Of a stretch of 64,000 nt of DNA, positions 28,342 through 37,978 are shown piece by piece. Numbering within the stretch: position 1 is the first letter of the stretch; the number at the start of each line of letters is the position of its first letter. The stretch covers positions 3,649 through 67,648 of the forward strand of contig JAJFGN010000045.1 in assembly GCA_021776115.1 (NCBI GenBank), written 5' to 3'. The stretch comes from Kiloniellaceae bacterium. Lineage in GTDB: Bacteria > Pseudomonadota > Alphaproteobacteria > Kiloniellales > J153. Position numbers and translations under genes: made by a program. Under the pieces are notes generated by a model that was given only the letters and a program-made list of their open reading frames with translations, was not told the DNA's origin and ran no database searches.

Positions 28342-29127
28342 ATGTCAAACCTTCCCCGTCGCCAAGTTCTGAACGCCCTGGCCGCGGCCCCGTTGGCGGG
28401 GTTGCCGCTGGCCGCCATACTCGCGAATCCCAGCCTTGCACGCGCGGCGGCTGCCGGCCTTCAGGAGGTAAACCTAACCACGAGTGGCGGCAAGTCGGTG
28501 ACAGCGGCCTTGGCCATGCCCGCGGTGACGCCGGCGCCCGCGATCCTATTGATCCACGAGTGGTGGGGCTTGAACGACCAGATCAAGTCGGTGGCGGCGG
28601 ACCTCGCGGCGCAAGGCTATGTCGCCTTGGCGGTCGATCTTTACGATCGCCAAGTCGCGACGACGCCCGAGGGGGCGCGAAGCTACATGCAGGCGGTCGA
28701 TGGGACGGAGGCGACCGATACACTGGCGTCCTGGACTGCCTGGCTCAAGGCCAACAAGGCGGTATCCGGCAAGATTGGGACTATTGGCTGGTGTTTTGGC
28801 GGCGGCTGGTCACTCAACGCCTCGATCGCCGCGCCAGTGGACGCGACCGTGGTTTACTACGGCCGAGTCAATCAGCCGGCGAGCGAGCTCGATGCACTAA
28901 AGGGACCGGTGTTGGGGCATTTCGCGACTCGGGACAACTGGATCAACAAGGACATGGTCTCGGGCTTTCAAGCCGCTATGGCGCAGGCGGGGAAAACCCT
29001 CACGGCGCACTGGTACGAGGCCGACCACGCCTTCGCCAATCCGACCCAGGCCCGTTATGACGCTGAGGATGCCATGCTCGCCTGGGCCCGCACGCTCGCC
29101 TTCTTCAAGGCCAATCTCAGGGATTAG
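28342..29127 (+). CDS. Dienelactone hydrolase family protein, Tat/Sec-exported
   Basis: MSNLPRRQVLNALAAAPLAGLPLAA is signal-like. DLH motifs are IHEWWGLNDQIK and the nucleophile region GTIGWCFGG. Confidence 0.85.
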   Translation: MSNLPRRQVLNALAAAPLAGLPLAAILANPSLARAAAAGLQEVNLTTSGGKSVTAALAMPAVTPAPAILLIHEWWGLNDQIKSVAADLAAQGYVALAVDLYDRQVATTPEGARSYMQAVDGTEATDTLASWTAWLKANKAVSGKIGTIGWCFGGGWSLNASIAAPVDATVVYYGRVNQPASELDALKGPVLGHFATRDNWINKDMVSGFQAAMAQAGKTLTAHWYEADHAFANPTQARYDAEDAMLAWARTLAFFKANLRD

Positions 29128-29160
29128 GGGTGCCGGTCGAAGCGCGGCCGACTCCATGAC

Positions 29161-31044
29161 CTAGGCTTGAACGCGCTGGCGTTTTCGGCGCCGCGGATCG
29201 GACTTGGCTGCGGCGCCTTCCTCGTCGAACAGCGCGGCCAGTTGCTCGGTTACAGCGCCGCCTAGCTGCTCGGCATCGACGATGGTGACCGCACGGCGGT
29301 AATAGCGGGTAACGTCGTGGCCGATGCCGATCGCGATCAGCTCGACGGGCGAGCGGTTCTCGATATAGCCGATGGCATCGCGCAGGTGCCGCTCCAGATA
29401 ATTGCCTGGATTGACGGACAGGGTGGAATCGTCGACCGGTGCGCCGTCGGAAATAACCATGAGGATGCGGCGCTGTTCCGACCGTGCGAGCAGGCGGTTG
29501 TGCGCCCACAACAACGCTTCGCCGTCGATGTTTTCCTTGAGAATGCCCTCGCGCAGCATCAGGCCTAGATTCTTGCGCGCGCGACGCCAAGGTGCGTCCG
29601 CCTGCTTGTAGACAATATGGCGCAGGTCGTTGAGGCGGCCCGGCGACGGCGGCTTGCCGGCCGCGATCCAGCGTTCGCGCGACTGGCCGCCTTTCCACAT
29701 GCGGGTCGTGAAGCCCAGGATCTCAACCTTCACGCCGCAGCGCTCCAGCGTGCGCGCCAGGATGTCCGCGCACAGGGCCGCCACGGTGATCGGGCGGCCG
29801 CGCATCGAGCCGGAATTGTCGATCAGCAGGGTGACGACGGTGTCGCGGAACTCCATGTCCTTTTCCTCCTTGAAGGACAGAGAATGGAGCGGATTCGTCA
29901 CCACGCGCACCAGGCGCGAGGTATCCAGGATTCCTTCTTCCAGATTGAACTCCCAATCGCGCGTTTGCTTGGCCAGGAGACGGCGTTGAAGCCGGTTGGC
30001 CAGACGGGAGATCACGCTGCTGAGGCTGGAGAGCTGCTGGTCCAGCATTTGGCGCAGACGGGTTAACTCCTCCGGATCGCAAAGGTCCGCGGCCTCGATG
30101 ACCTCATCGAACTCGGTCGTGAAGCCCCGGTAGGCGTCCTTGTCAGGATAGTTGCGCCCGCCCTCCATGTGTGGCGGATCGCCGGGGTGGCCCGGTTCCT
30201 CGTCGCCCGCGCCCGGCATCATCTCGCTGTCGGCGCCGGCTTGTTGATCCTCGTCGCCGTCCGCATCGCTGGCCTCGCCGCGCTGGCCCTCCAGCGAGGT
30301 CTGGGCGTCGTCCGCATCGCGCTCGCCGCCTTCGCCGTCCGTTTCGCTAGAATCGTCCTGGTTGTCGTCGCCCTGGTTTTCTGGGTTGTCCTCGTCGCTC
30401 ACGTCGTCGTCTTGGCCGATCTCGATGTCCAGGTGATTGAGCAGACGGCGCATCACTTCGGCGTAGGCCCCCTGGTCTTCGATCCGCTCGCTGAGTTCCT
30501 TTAGGTCCGACAGGGCCCGCGGCTCTAAGCCGGGCCGCCACAGATCGACCATCACCTTGGCCGCCGGTGGCGGCGGCATACCCGTCATGGCCTCGCGCGC
30601 AAGCACACGCAGGACCTCGGCCAGGGGCACGTCTTCCCGGTTGGTCGCGCGGGCATAGCCGCGCCCGCGATAGCGCTCCTCCATCGCGGCGTCCAGATTG
30701 GCCGCGACACCGGCCATACGCCGCATACCCAGGGCCTCGCAACGGGCTTGCTCTACGGTGTCGTAAATTACTTGGGCGTCCGCGGCGCTGGGCCGGCGCG
30801 CCCGATGGACAGCTTGGTCGTGGTAGCGCAGGCGCAAGGCAGAGGCATCCGCCTCTCCACGCACCGACGCGACCTCGTCCATCGGCAGATCGCGCGCTGG
30901 CAGTGGCAGGCGCACCTCATTGCCGACCAGCCCCTGCGGGCCGGGCGTAAAGGACGCTGCGACGTCGTCGCGCTCGGCGATCGCGCGAATCGCGGCGCTG
31001 GTCGTGCGTTTAAAGCGCTCAATCGGGGATTCGGCGTCGGTCAT
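29161..31044 (-). CDS. cobT: Cobaltochelatase subunit CobT (VWA-domain protein)
   Basis: 627 aa. It has an acidic central stretch ([19 protein letters not shown]...) and a C-terminal VWA domain ([17 protein letters not shown]) with a CobT-type N-terminus. Confidence 0.9.
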   Translation of the reverse strand: MTDAESPIERFKRTTSAAIRAIAERDDVAASFTPGPQGLVGNEVRLPLPARDLPMDEVASVRGEADASALRLRYHDQAVHRARRPSAADAQVIYDTVEQARCEALGMRRMAGVAANLDAAMEERYRGRGYARATNREDVPLAEVLRVLAREAMTGMPPPPAAKVMVDLWRPGLEPRALSDLKELSERIEDQGAYAEVMRRLLNHLDIEIGQDDDVSDEDNPENQGDDNQDDSSETDGEGGERDADDAQTSLEGQRGEASDADGDEDQQAGADSEMMPGAGDEEPGHPGDPPHMEGGRNYPDKDAYRGFTTEFDEVIEAADLCDPEELTRLRQMLDQQLSSLSSVISRLANRLQRRLLAKQTRDWEFNLEEGILDTSRLVRVVTNPLHSLSFKEEKDMEFRDTVVTLLIDNSGSMRGRPITVAALCADILARTLERCGVKVEILGFTTRMWKGGQSRERWIAAGKPPSPGRLNDLRHIVYKQADAPWRRARKNLGLMLREGILKENIDGEALLWAHNRLLARSEQRRILMVISDGAPVDDSTLSVNPGNYLERHLRDAIGYIENRSPVELIAIGIGHDVTRYYRRAVTIVDAEQLGGAVTEQLAALFDEEGAAAKSDPRRRKRQRVQA

Positions 31045-31078
31045 GTTTCGCTTGCGGCATTTCGCCGCCTTCCGCCCC

Positions 31079-32080
31079 CTACACCAGAGTTGCTTTGACC
31101 CCGCTTTCGGGCAGGTCGGTGCCGAAGCAGCGTTGATAGTATTCGGCGACCACGGGGCGTTCTATCTCGTCGCACTTGTTCAGGAAAGTGACCCGGAAGG
31201 CGAAGCCGACGTCGTCGAATATCTTGGCGTTTTGGGCCCAAGTCATGACCGTACGCGGGCTCATCACGGTTGAAATGTCGCCGTTGATGAAGCCGCTGCG
31301 TGTGAGATCGGCCAGCGCGACCATGGCGGAGAGTGTGTCTCGGCCCTCCTTGCTTTCATAGTCCGGACACTTGGCGAGGATGATTTCCGTCTCCTCGTCG
31401 TGCGGCAGATAATTCAGCGTGGCGACGATGTTCCAGCGGTCCATCTGGCCCTGGTTGAGCTGCTGGGTGCCGTGATAAAGGCCGGTGGTATCGCCCAGGC
31501 CAATGGTGTTGGTGGTCGAGAACAAGCGGAACGCCGGGTGCGGCCGGATTACGCGGTTCTGGTCGAGCAGGGTCAAGCGGCCCTCGACCTCCAGTACCCG
31601 CTGGATCACGAACATCACGTCGGGCCGGCCGGCGTCGTATTCGTCGAACACCAGGGACATGGGCCGCTGCAAGCACCAGGGCAGCAAGCCTTCGCGAAAC
31701 TCGGTGATCTGCTTGCCGTCCTTCAGAACGATCGCGTCCTTGCCGACCAGGTCGATCCGGCTGATGTGGCTGTCCAGATTGATGCGCAGGCAGGGCCAGT
31801 TGAGGCGCGCGGCAACCTGCTCAATATGGGTCGACTTGCCGGTGCCGTGATAGCCTTGGATCATGACCCGGCGGTTGTAGGCATAGCCTGCCAGGATCGC
31901 GAGCGTGGTGTCGTGGTCGAAGCGGTACACCTCGTCCAGGTCCGGGACGTATTCGTTCTGCTGGCTGAAGGCCGGGACTTGCATGTCGCAGTCGATCCCG
32001 AAGGTCTGCCGGACCGAAACCGTGATGTCCGGCCCTTCCATCGGCAGATCGCCGCCTCCGACGGCGGGAGTGGGGGCCAT
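31079..32080 (-). CDS. cobS: Cobaltochelatase subunit CobS (MoxR-like AAA+ ATPase)
   Basis: [32 protein letters not shown] (Walker A) and [14 protein letters not shown] (Walker B), in a CobS-type 333-aa protein. Confidence 0.9.
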   Translation of the reverse strand: MAPTPAVGGGDLPMEGPDITVSVRQTFGIDCDMQVPAFSQQNEYVPDLDEVYRFDHDTTLAILAGYAYNRRVMIQGYHGTGKSTHIEQVAARLNWPCLRINLDSHISRIDLVGKDAIVLKDGKQITEFREGLLPWCLQRPMSLVFDEYDAGRPDVMFVIQRVLEVEGRLTLLDQNRVIRPHPAFRLFSTTNTIGLGDTTGLYHGTQQLNQGQMDRWNIVATLNYLPHDEETEIILAKCPDYESKEGRDTLSAMVALADLTRSGFINGDISTVMSPRTVMTWAQNAKIFDDVGFAFRVTFLNKCDEIERPVVAEYYQRCFGTDLPESGVKATLV

Positions 32081-32217
32081 GGTAACTCCTTGAGTCTAGG
32101 CAAACTGGTTTAGGGTTAGCCAAATTAGGTGTGGGGCTAACCGACTTGCATATGGCCGGTGCGGCCCCGCGACAACGCAGATGGGCGCATGCCGCCAAGC
32201 TCAATCGACTTGGTAAA

Positions 32218-32787
32218 TCATGCGAAGCTGATCTTCAAGGCCGCGTATGCTTGATTGACTGCCTTGAGGCGTTCTTCGGCCTCGGTGTCGCCGCCATTCG
32301 CATCCGGGTGTAGCTTCTTGGCCAAAGCCTTGTAGCGAGCCTTGACGTCTTGAAATGTAACCGGTTCCACAAGATCCAAGATGGCCAGGGCTTTTTGTTC
32401 CTCGGTCATCGGCCGGGCGCGGGACGATCCTGTTGATTCCTCGAAGAAAAACCCAAAGGCGTCGTGAAATCTTGGGCCGTGCGGGTCATCATGGGCTGCT
32501 CGCTGTTCGCCGAAGCGGCCAAAGGGCCAGCTGGGTCGCTCCCATACGGTGTCGTGCCGGCGGCGGTTTTCGACCTCGGTTTCGTCCATACCGGCGTAGA
32601 AGTTCCACGACAGGTTATAGGCGCGCACATGACCGAGGCAGAACCAGTAATATTCGTTCAGGCGGTCGCGCGCCATCGGGGCGCGGTAAATCCCGTGCTC
32701 CTCGCACCCCGAAAATTGGCACCGCCGTTCATGCGCAGGCGGGTCCCCAAACGGGATATTGATTTCCTTTTGATTCACGCGCCGCAT
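32218..32787 (-). CDS. J-domain protein with N-terminal Cys/His cluster
   Basis: The C-terminal J domain is FQDVKARYKALAKKLHPDANGGDTEAEERLKAVNQAYAAL (HPD motif). The N-terminal region has CQFSGC...WFCLGH. Start taken at MRRVNQKE (cat 32785-32787). Confidence 0.8.
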   Translation of the reverse strand: MRRVNQKEINIPFGDPPAHERRCQFSGCEEHGIYRAPMARDRLNEYYWFCLGHVRAYNLSWNFYAGMDETEVENRRRHDTVWERPSWPFGRFGEQRAAHDDPHGPRFHDAFGFFFEESTGSSRARPMTEEQKALAILDLVEPVTFQDVKARYKALAKKLHPDANGGDTEAEERLKAVNQAYAALKISFA

Positions 32788-32925
32788 GGCTTGAAGTATG
32801 GATATGGGGCCTTGTGCTGGCAAGCGGCGGCGGCCAGTCCGAGACCCATCTGGCGCTTCGGGTCCGTGTTCCGCTGTCTAGCCGAGGGTGCTGTCGCTTT
32901 GGCCGATTCTTGGATCAATCGGATC

Positions 32926-33246
32926 TCAGGCTTTGGCCTTGCCGCCGCCTCTGCAGGCGGGCGAGGGCAAGATCTCGCCGCCTCGGCGCGCCCATTCTTC
33001 AGGCGTAAGGGTCTGCATAGACAAGGCATGAACCCCATTTTGCAGCTCGTCGCCTAAAAGGGCGTTTACGGTTTTGTGACGGCCGACCAGGCCTTGGCCC
33101 GCGAAATGCTCCGATACGACGATCACTTTGAAGTGCGATTCGGACCCGGGCGGCACATTGTGCATATGGCTTTCGTTGATGACCTGCAGATGCGCTGGGT
33201 CTAAGGCTGCACGCAGTTTGGTTTCAATGTTGCGCTGCACAATCAT
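32926..33246 (-). CDS. bolA: BolA family protein
   Basis: MIVQRNIETKLRAALDPAHLQVINESHMHNVPPGSESHFKVIVVSEHFAGQGLVGRHKTVNALL is a typical BolA fold sequence. Start at cat 33244-33246. Confidence 0.85.
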   Translation of the reverse strand: MIVQRNIETKLRAALDPAHLQVINESHMHNVPPGSESHFKVIVVSEHFAGQGLVGRHKTVNALLGDELQNGVHALSMQTLTPEEWARRGGEILPSPACRGGGKAKA

Positions 33247-33446
33247 GAGTTTCACCAGGTTGAGGCGGATCAAGCTCTTTAATATAGGCGGTTTGGCGCC
33301 GTGCAACAGAGGTTCCCACGCCAACGGCTTTGGGTTAATCGCCCTCGTTACCGCTGTCGGTTGCAAATATCTTATCACAACAATTTATAGTTGTATTTTA
33401 ACGAATCGAGCCTACCATGGCAGGCAGCACAGCGACGAAGTGAGGG

Positions 33447-33854
33447 GTGATTTTGATCGATTATATGCCAGAAAACTCAGAGGCCCACGGGGACGATCGG
33501 TCGGCGCCGGCAAGCCGGGGGCCGAGCACTTTGATCAATCGAAATGTGTTTATCGGTCAACACCGCACCAGCATTCGCCTGGAACCGGCAATGTGGGACT
33601 CCCTGGCGGAGATTTGCCGCCGCGAAGATATGTCCTTGCACGAGATCTGTAGTCTCATCGACGCGCGCCGTCAGGCCTCCAGCCTGACCGCCGCTATCCG
33701 CGTCTTCACCCTGACCTATTTTCGGGCTGCGGCGACCGAAGACGGCCATGCGAGGAGCGGTCATGGCCTGCTTTACTCAGGCCATCGCCGAACCCGGCGC
33801 ACGCCGGCGGAATTGAGCGGAGCCACTCATCGGCGATCCGGCTTGCCGTCATAG
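33447..33854 (+). CDS. Ribbon-helix-helix (RHH_4-like) domain protein
   Basis: NVFIGQHRTSIRLEPAMWDSLAEICRREDMSLHEICSLID...AIRVFTLTYF matches the RHH_4 family pattern. The start is ambiguous (GTG 33447, TTG 33453 or ATG 33465). Confidence 0.7.
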   Translation: MILIDYMPENSEAHGDDRSAPASRGPSTLINRNVFIGQHRTSIRLEPAMWDSLAEICRREDMSLHEICSLIDARRQASSLTAAIRVFTLTYFRAAATEDGHARSGHGLLYSGHRRTRRTPAELSGATHRRSGLPS

Positions 33855-34390
33855 AATTCCGGCCATTGCTTCTTGGCGACCTCCCCGTCACTGCGGAAAA
33901 CGTGGCAGGTGTTCAAGAGCGGCGGCCGCCCGGTGCGCGGCTTCTCTCGATTCCGTTTGGCCAGAAAGGGGTACAAAGTCTGGAATGCGACTGTGCCCAT
34001 TGCGACCAGTGCCTCGGCTAGATGAGTGCAGCCCTCCACCCCACCGACATTTTCGCGCACGGCGCGGCGCCAGCCGGCGGCCACGCGCTGGCCGATCATG
34101 CGCTTAAAGTTGGGCGTCACAGCCGGGCACAATCCGTAGGGCCCGTTGTCGGTAACGGCTTCGATGTCGCGGACGATCAAATCCTGGTCCAAGGTTACGC
34201 GCAGCCACATGTCGTGGAGCGGTTCGCCCGCCTTGATCTCGCCGCGATGCTCGTTGGGAAAACTATAAGACTTCACGTCGGTCAGATGGGCCTCGATATC
34301 GAAAAGCCCGTCCGTTCGGCGGTATCCTCGAAAATCGATGACTCGGGTGTGAAGGTGCTCGCGTTCAGCGCTTGTCGGGGAAAGGGGCAT
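33827..34390 (-). CDS. DUF2889 domain protein
   Basis: 187 aa. HTRVIDFRGYRRTDGLFDIEAHLTDVK...MWLRVTLDQDLIVRDIEA...GCTHL is the pattern I associate with DUF2889. Confidence 0.7.
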   Translation of the reverse strand: MPLSPTSAEREHLHTRVIDFRGYRRTDGLFDIEAHLTDVKSYSFPNEHRGEIKAGEPLHDMWLRVTLDQDLIVRDIEAVTDNGPYGLCPAVTPNFKRMIGQRVAAGWRRAVRENVGGVEGCTHLAEALVAMGTVAFQTLYPFLAKRNREKPRTGRPPLLNTCHVFRSDGEVAKKQWPEFYDGKPDRR

Positions 34391-34512
34391 ACATGGCTCG
34401 CCGGATTATTGTTATGCTGCGCCGCACTATATCGGCCCCAAGGTAGCCGTCAAACCGGGAGGCCGCGGCACGATGCACGGGAAAAGCACGGACTTTTGGG
34501 GAGGACCGCCGC

Positions 34513-35832
34513 TCAGCCTTTGGGTGTCGGGGGCTCGGTCGTCTTTTCCTCCGAAAGCGGCTGCATTCTATCCGAAAGCGGCTGCATTCTAATCGAGGTG
34601 ATCTGGTTCCTTTGCCGGTCCGCAATCTCGAAACGAAAGTTGTGAAAAACGAAGGCTTGACCGACGTTGGGAATACGCCGCGCCTCGTGTAATATCAGGC
34701 CGGCGACGGTCGCCGCTTCTTCGTCCGGCAAACGCCATTCGAACTGTCGATTCAAGTCGCGAATCGTCACGCCGCCGTCGACCAGGAGGCTACCGTCTTT
34801 TTGTACTTGGACGCCCTCGATCTCGACGTCGTGTTCATCCGCGATCTCACCCACAATTTCTTCCAGAATGTCTTCCAGAGTGACGATGCCCAGGACCTCG
34901 CCGTACTCGTCGACAACGATGGCGAAGTGCTCATGGCGTGAGCGAAAAGCTTGTAGCTGCGACAAAAGGTCTGTCGATTCGGGAATGAACCATGGCGGAC
35001 TAGCAATTGCCAGTACGTCCAACTCCTCCAACTTGGGCTGGGCCTGAACCGCGCGCAAAAGAGCCTTGGCGTGCAGCACGCCGACGATGTTGTCAGGGCT
35101 GTCCCGCCACAGCGGCAGCCGCGTGTGCGGGCTCCGCAGGACCTCGTCAACGAGTTGGGCCGGCGGTAACCCGGCATCGATCGATATGACTTTCTTGCGG
35201 TGGGTCAGGATGTCCGAGACCGCGACGTCGGCGAGATCAAGGATGGAGCGCAGCATCGCGCGCTCGTGGCGCACTTCCTCGCTTTCGCCGGCATGTAGGT
35301 CGATCGCGCCGCGCAATTCTTCTTCCGTATGTGCGATGTCCAAGTGATCCGACATTTCCACTCCGAATACCTTCAGCGTGGTCCGAACCACGATATGTAT
35401 GGCGTGGGTAACTGGAAACAAAAACGTGACCAGCGGGCTCATGACCGGTGCGACGCGCAAGGCGACGCGGTCGGCATGGCGGATCGCATAGGTTTTGGGC
35501 AGAACCTCGGCAAAGACCAAGATCAACAGGGTCATCGCGATGGTAGCGTAAGCCATGCCCGCGTCGCCGAAATAGTTTATGAGCACGCCCGTTGCGAGCG
35601 CCGAGGCCATGATGTTGACCAGGTTATTGCCTAAGAGAATTGCGCCGATCAGCCGCTCCTTTTGCCGCCACAACTTATTGACTAAAGCGGCGCGGCGGTC
35701 GCCCTGTTGCTCAAGAGTATGCATGCGCGGCAGGGAGGCGGCGGTCAGGGATGTCTCCGAGCCCGAGAAAAAGGCGGAGAAGACGAGCAACGCCAAGATG
35801 GCGCCGGCAGGTATGAGGATATCCATTTCCAT
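34513..35832 (-). CDS. HlyC/CorC (CNNM) family transporter: DUF21 + CBS pair + CorC_HlyC
   Basis: N-terminal DUF21 helices (LLVFSAFFSGSETSL), a CBS pair and a C-terminal transporter-associated domain (LVDGGVTIRDLNRQFEWRLPDEEAATVAGLIL). Confidence 0.9.
   Translation of the reverse strand: MEMDILIPAGAILALLVFSAFFSGSETSLTAASLPRMHTLEQQGDRRAALVNKLWRQKERLIGAILLGNNLVNIMASALATGVLINYFGDAGMAYATIAMTLLILVFAEVLPKTYAIRHADRVALRVAPVMSPLVTFLFPVTHAIHIVVRTTLKVFGVEMSDHLDIAHTEEELRGAIDLHAGESEEVRHERAMLRSILDLADVAVSDILTHRKKVISIDAGLPPAQLVDEVLRSPHTRLPLWRDSPDNIVGVLHAKALLRAVQAQPKLEELDVLAIASPPWFIPESTDLLSQLQAFRSRHEHFAIVVDEYGEVLGIVTLEDILEEIVGEIADEHDVEIEGVQVQKDGSLLVDGGVTIRDLNRQFEWRLPDEEAATVAGLILHEARRIPNVGQAFVFHNFRFEIADRQRNQITSIRMQPLSDRMQPLSEEKTTEPPTPKG
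34550..34591 (-). repeat. Perfect 21-bp tandem duplication, in frame, near the 3-prime end of the CorC-family gene
   Basis: tccgaaagcggctgcattcta occurs twice back to back (34550-34570 and 34571-34591). It encodes RMQPLSD/RMQPLSE. Confidence 0.95.
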
Positions 35833-35863
35833 CTCAGGGGGTGCCGATCAGAGGTTGAGTGGG

Positions 35864-36979
35864 CTAGACGGCAAGCGAGTCGGTCAAAAGCGCCTCGATC
35901 TCCGCGGTATCGATTTTGTCGCTTAGGAATGCCTGGCCGATGCCCCGGGCCAGGACGAAAGTCGTGCGCCCGTCCCGTACTTTTTTGTCGCGGGCCATGT
36001 GTTCTATCAGGCGGCGTGGACTCCAAACACGTCCCTGGAACCGCTCGATCCCAGTTGCCAGGCCGACCGCCGCGAGGTGGCGCCGCAAGCGTGCCGAATC
36101 TTCAGCCGGGCACAGGTCGAGCCGCACCGATAAATCGAGGGCCATGACCATGCCGATCGCAACCGCTTCACCGTGTAGCAGTTCATCGCCGAAACCGGTT
36201 TCGGCCTCCAGAGCATGTCCGAAGGTATGCCCAAGGTTCAGAAGCGCGCGCCGACCCTGTTCGCGTTCATCCTCGGCGACAATCGCGGCCTTCGCGGCGC
36301 AACTTTCGCTCACCGCGTGCTGGCGGGCGCTCGAATCCCCATCGATTACCGCCATGCCGTGCCCCTCCAGCCAGGTAAAAAATTCAGGCCGGTCGATCAC
36401 ACCGTATTTTGCGACTTCGGCGTATCCGGCTAAAAGCTGTCGGCGCGGCAAGGTGGACAGCACAACGGTATCGGCCAGGACCAGGCGTGGCTGGTGAAAA
36501 CTGCCGACCAGGTTCTTGCCGTAGGCGGTATTGATGCCCGTCTTGCCGCCGACTGAACTGTCGACCTGAGCCAGGAGTGTAGTCGGCACTTGCACGAAAT
36601 CGATGCCGCGCAGCACGATCGAGGCGGCAAAGCCGGTCAGATCGCCAATCACACCGCCACCCAAGGCGATCAGCGTGGTGCTGCGCTCGATTTTCAACTC
36701 GAGCAGGTGCGCGATCAGTTTTTCCAGGTGTGCAAAGTCCTTGGTTTGCTCTCCTGCGGGCAGGACCACAGCCTCGTGGGCGACACCTGCATCGGCCAAT
36801 GAACGCTCGAGGGTGGCCAGGTGAATGGCCGCTACATTGGCGTCGGTTACGATAACAGCGCGCGGTTGGTGCAGGACGGGTGCGATATACCTACCGGCCG
36901 AGGCGAGCAAGTCGTCGCCGATCAGGATGTCGTAGCCCCGTTTGCCCAAGGATACGCGTTGGCGAATGGGCGCGGTCAT
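35864..36979 (-). CDS. aroB: 3-dehydroquinate synthase
   Basis: LIALGGGVIGDLTGFAA, VPTTLLAQVDSSVGGKTGIN and LNLGHTFGHALE are AroB signatures. Confidence 0.95.
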   Translation of the reverse strand: MTAPIRQRVSLGKRGYDILIGDDLLASAGRYIAPVLHQPRAVIVTDANVAAIHLATLERSLADAGVAHEAVVLPAGEQTKDFAHLEKLIAHLLELKIERSTTLIALGGGVIGDLTGFAASIVLRGIDFVQVPTTLLAQVDSSVGGKTGINTAYGKNLVGSFHQPRLVLADTVVLSTLPRRQLLAGYAEVAKYGVIDRPEFFTWLEGHGMAVIDGDSSARQHAVSESCAAKAAIVAEDEREQGRRALLNLGHTFGHALEAETGFGDELLHGEAVAIGMVMALDLSVRLDLCPAEDSARLRRHLAAVGLATGIERFQGRVWSPRRLIEHMARDKKVRDGRTTFVLARGIGQAFLSDKIDTAEIEALLTDSLAV

Positions 36980-37614
36980 GCCGGCCCCGCTGGCGCCGGG
37001 TCCGGTCCGGCCAAATAGGCGTCTATCGCGGCGCGCGCGCGCTCCACGGTGACCTCGGGCGGGCCGTCCTGACTGTCGATCGTGATATCCGCCTCGGCAT
37101 AGACAGGGTAACGCTCCTCGATCAGGTGCGCCAATATCTCCTTCGGATCGCCGCGTTTAAGCAGGGGGCGGTTATTGCGCCGCGAGGTGCGCTTTAGCAG
37201 CAGCGCGAGATCCGCCTTGAGCCACAGCGAGACCCCGCGTTCTTTGATCAGCGCCCGCGTGTTCGCATCCATGAAAGAACCGCCGCCGGTTGCCAGGACG
37301 TGCACCGGTTGGTCCAAAAGGCGCGTGATCACCCGGCGCTCGCCATCGCGGAAGGCAGCTTCGCCGTGCCGTTCGAAGATATCTTCGATGGCGCAGCCGG
37401 CTGCGGCCTCTATCTCGGCGTCCGCATCGACGAAACTTAGCCCGAATTCGCTTGCTAGGCGGCGTCCGATACATGACTTCCCAGCCCCCATCAGACCAAC
37501 CAAGACGATCGTTTTCGCCGGCTTTACGTGGGGCCTTGGGGCCGGGCTGGACACTGGGGAGCGATGAGGGGCAGTGCGCGGCGCGGGCTTATCGGTCGGG
37601 CCTGAATGGGGCAT
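36976..37614 (-). CDS. aroK: Shikimate kinase
   Basis: IVLVGLMGAGKSCIGRRLA (Walker A) and LATGGGSF. Start taken at MPHSGPT (cat 37612-37614). It overlaps the aroB start by 4 nt. Confidence 0.9.
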   Translation of the reverse strand: MPHSGPTDKPAPRTAPHRSPVSSPAPRPHVKPAKTIVLVGLMGAGKSCIGRRLASEFGLSFVDADAEIEAAAGCAIEDIFERHGEAAFRDGERRVITRLLDQPVHVLATGGGSFMDANTRALIKERGVSLWLKADLALLLKRTSRRNNRPLLKRGDPKEILAHLIEERYPVYAEADITIDSQDGPPEVTVERARAAIDAYLAGPDPAPAGPA

Positions 37615-37837
37615 GGCCTTCACGTAATTTGGCTGGAATCCTTGTCGTCTGGCGTTGCCAGACTCGAAGGCCAGTGTATAGACTGCCGTAAATTCGCCAT
37701 AGTCGAAACTTATCATTCTTGTTCTTGGAATTGGCAAGCGTGATATGACGAGGCGGTGGATTGGACCCGAAAATAACTGGCGCCAAGGGTGGCGCCGAAC
37801 CTCATTCCCGCCCTTTTAACTTTCGTCAATACTCCCC

Positions 37838-37978
37838 ATGAGAAGATTGAGCTTGATCGCGATTGTTCTCGTTCTTGGCTTCATTGTAGCTGGTGCTGCA
37901 TATCTGGTCACCTGGGACATTCCGCCACCAACTGTAAGCGTTGAAAAAGTTCTTCCAGATGAACGCTTCCCCCGTTGA
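37838..37978 (+). CDS. Possible 46-aa single-pass membrane peptide
   Basis: atg 37838 to tga 37976-37978 encodes MRRLSLIAIVLVLGFIVAGAAYLVTWDIPPPTVSVEKVLPDERFPR. This is a clean TM helix, but codon GC3 is low for this genome and there is no obvious SD. Confidence 0.3.
   Translation: MRRLSLIAIVLVLGFIVAGAAYLVTWDIPPPTVSVEKVLPDERFPR

Noticed and set aside
32114-32142. 8-bp-stem hairpin GGTTAGCC-N12-GGCTAACC between the J-domain gene and cobS.
   Set aside because: There is no U-tract on either strand and I recognise no motif. It could be a processing or stability element, but the evidence is too weak to call.
33380-33410. Short inverted repeat ACAAC-N8-GTTGT and TTAA-like half sites (possible CtrA box) upstream of the RHH gene.
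   Set aside because: The stems are only 5 bp and there is no full TTAA-N7-TTAA match, which is consistent with chance in an AT-rich patch.
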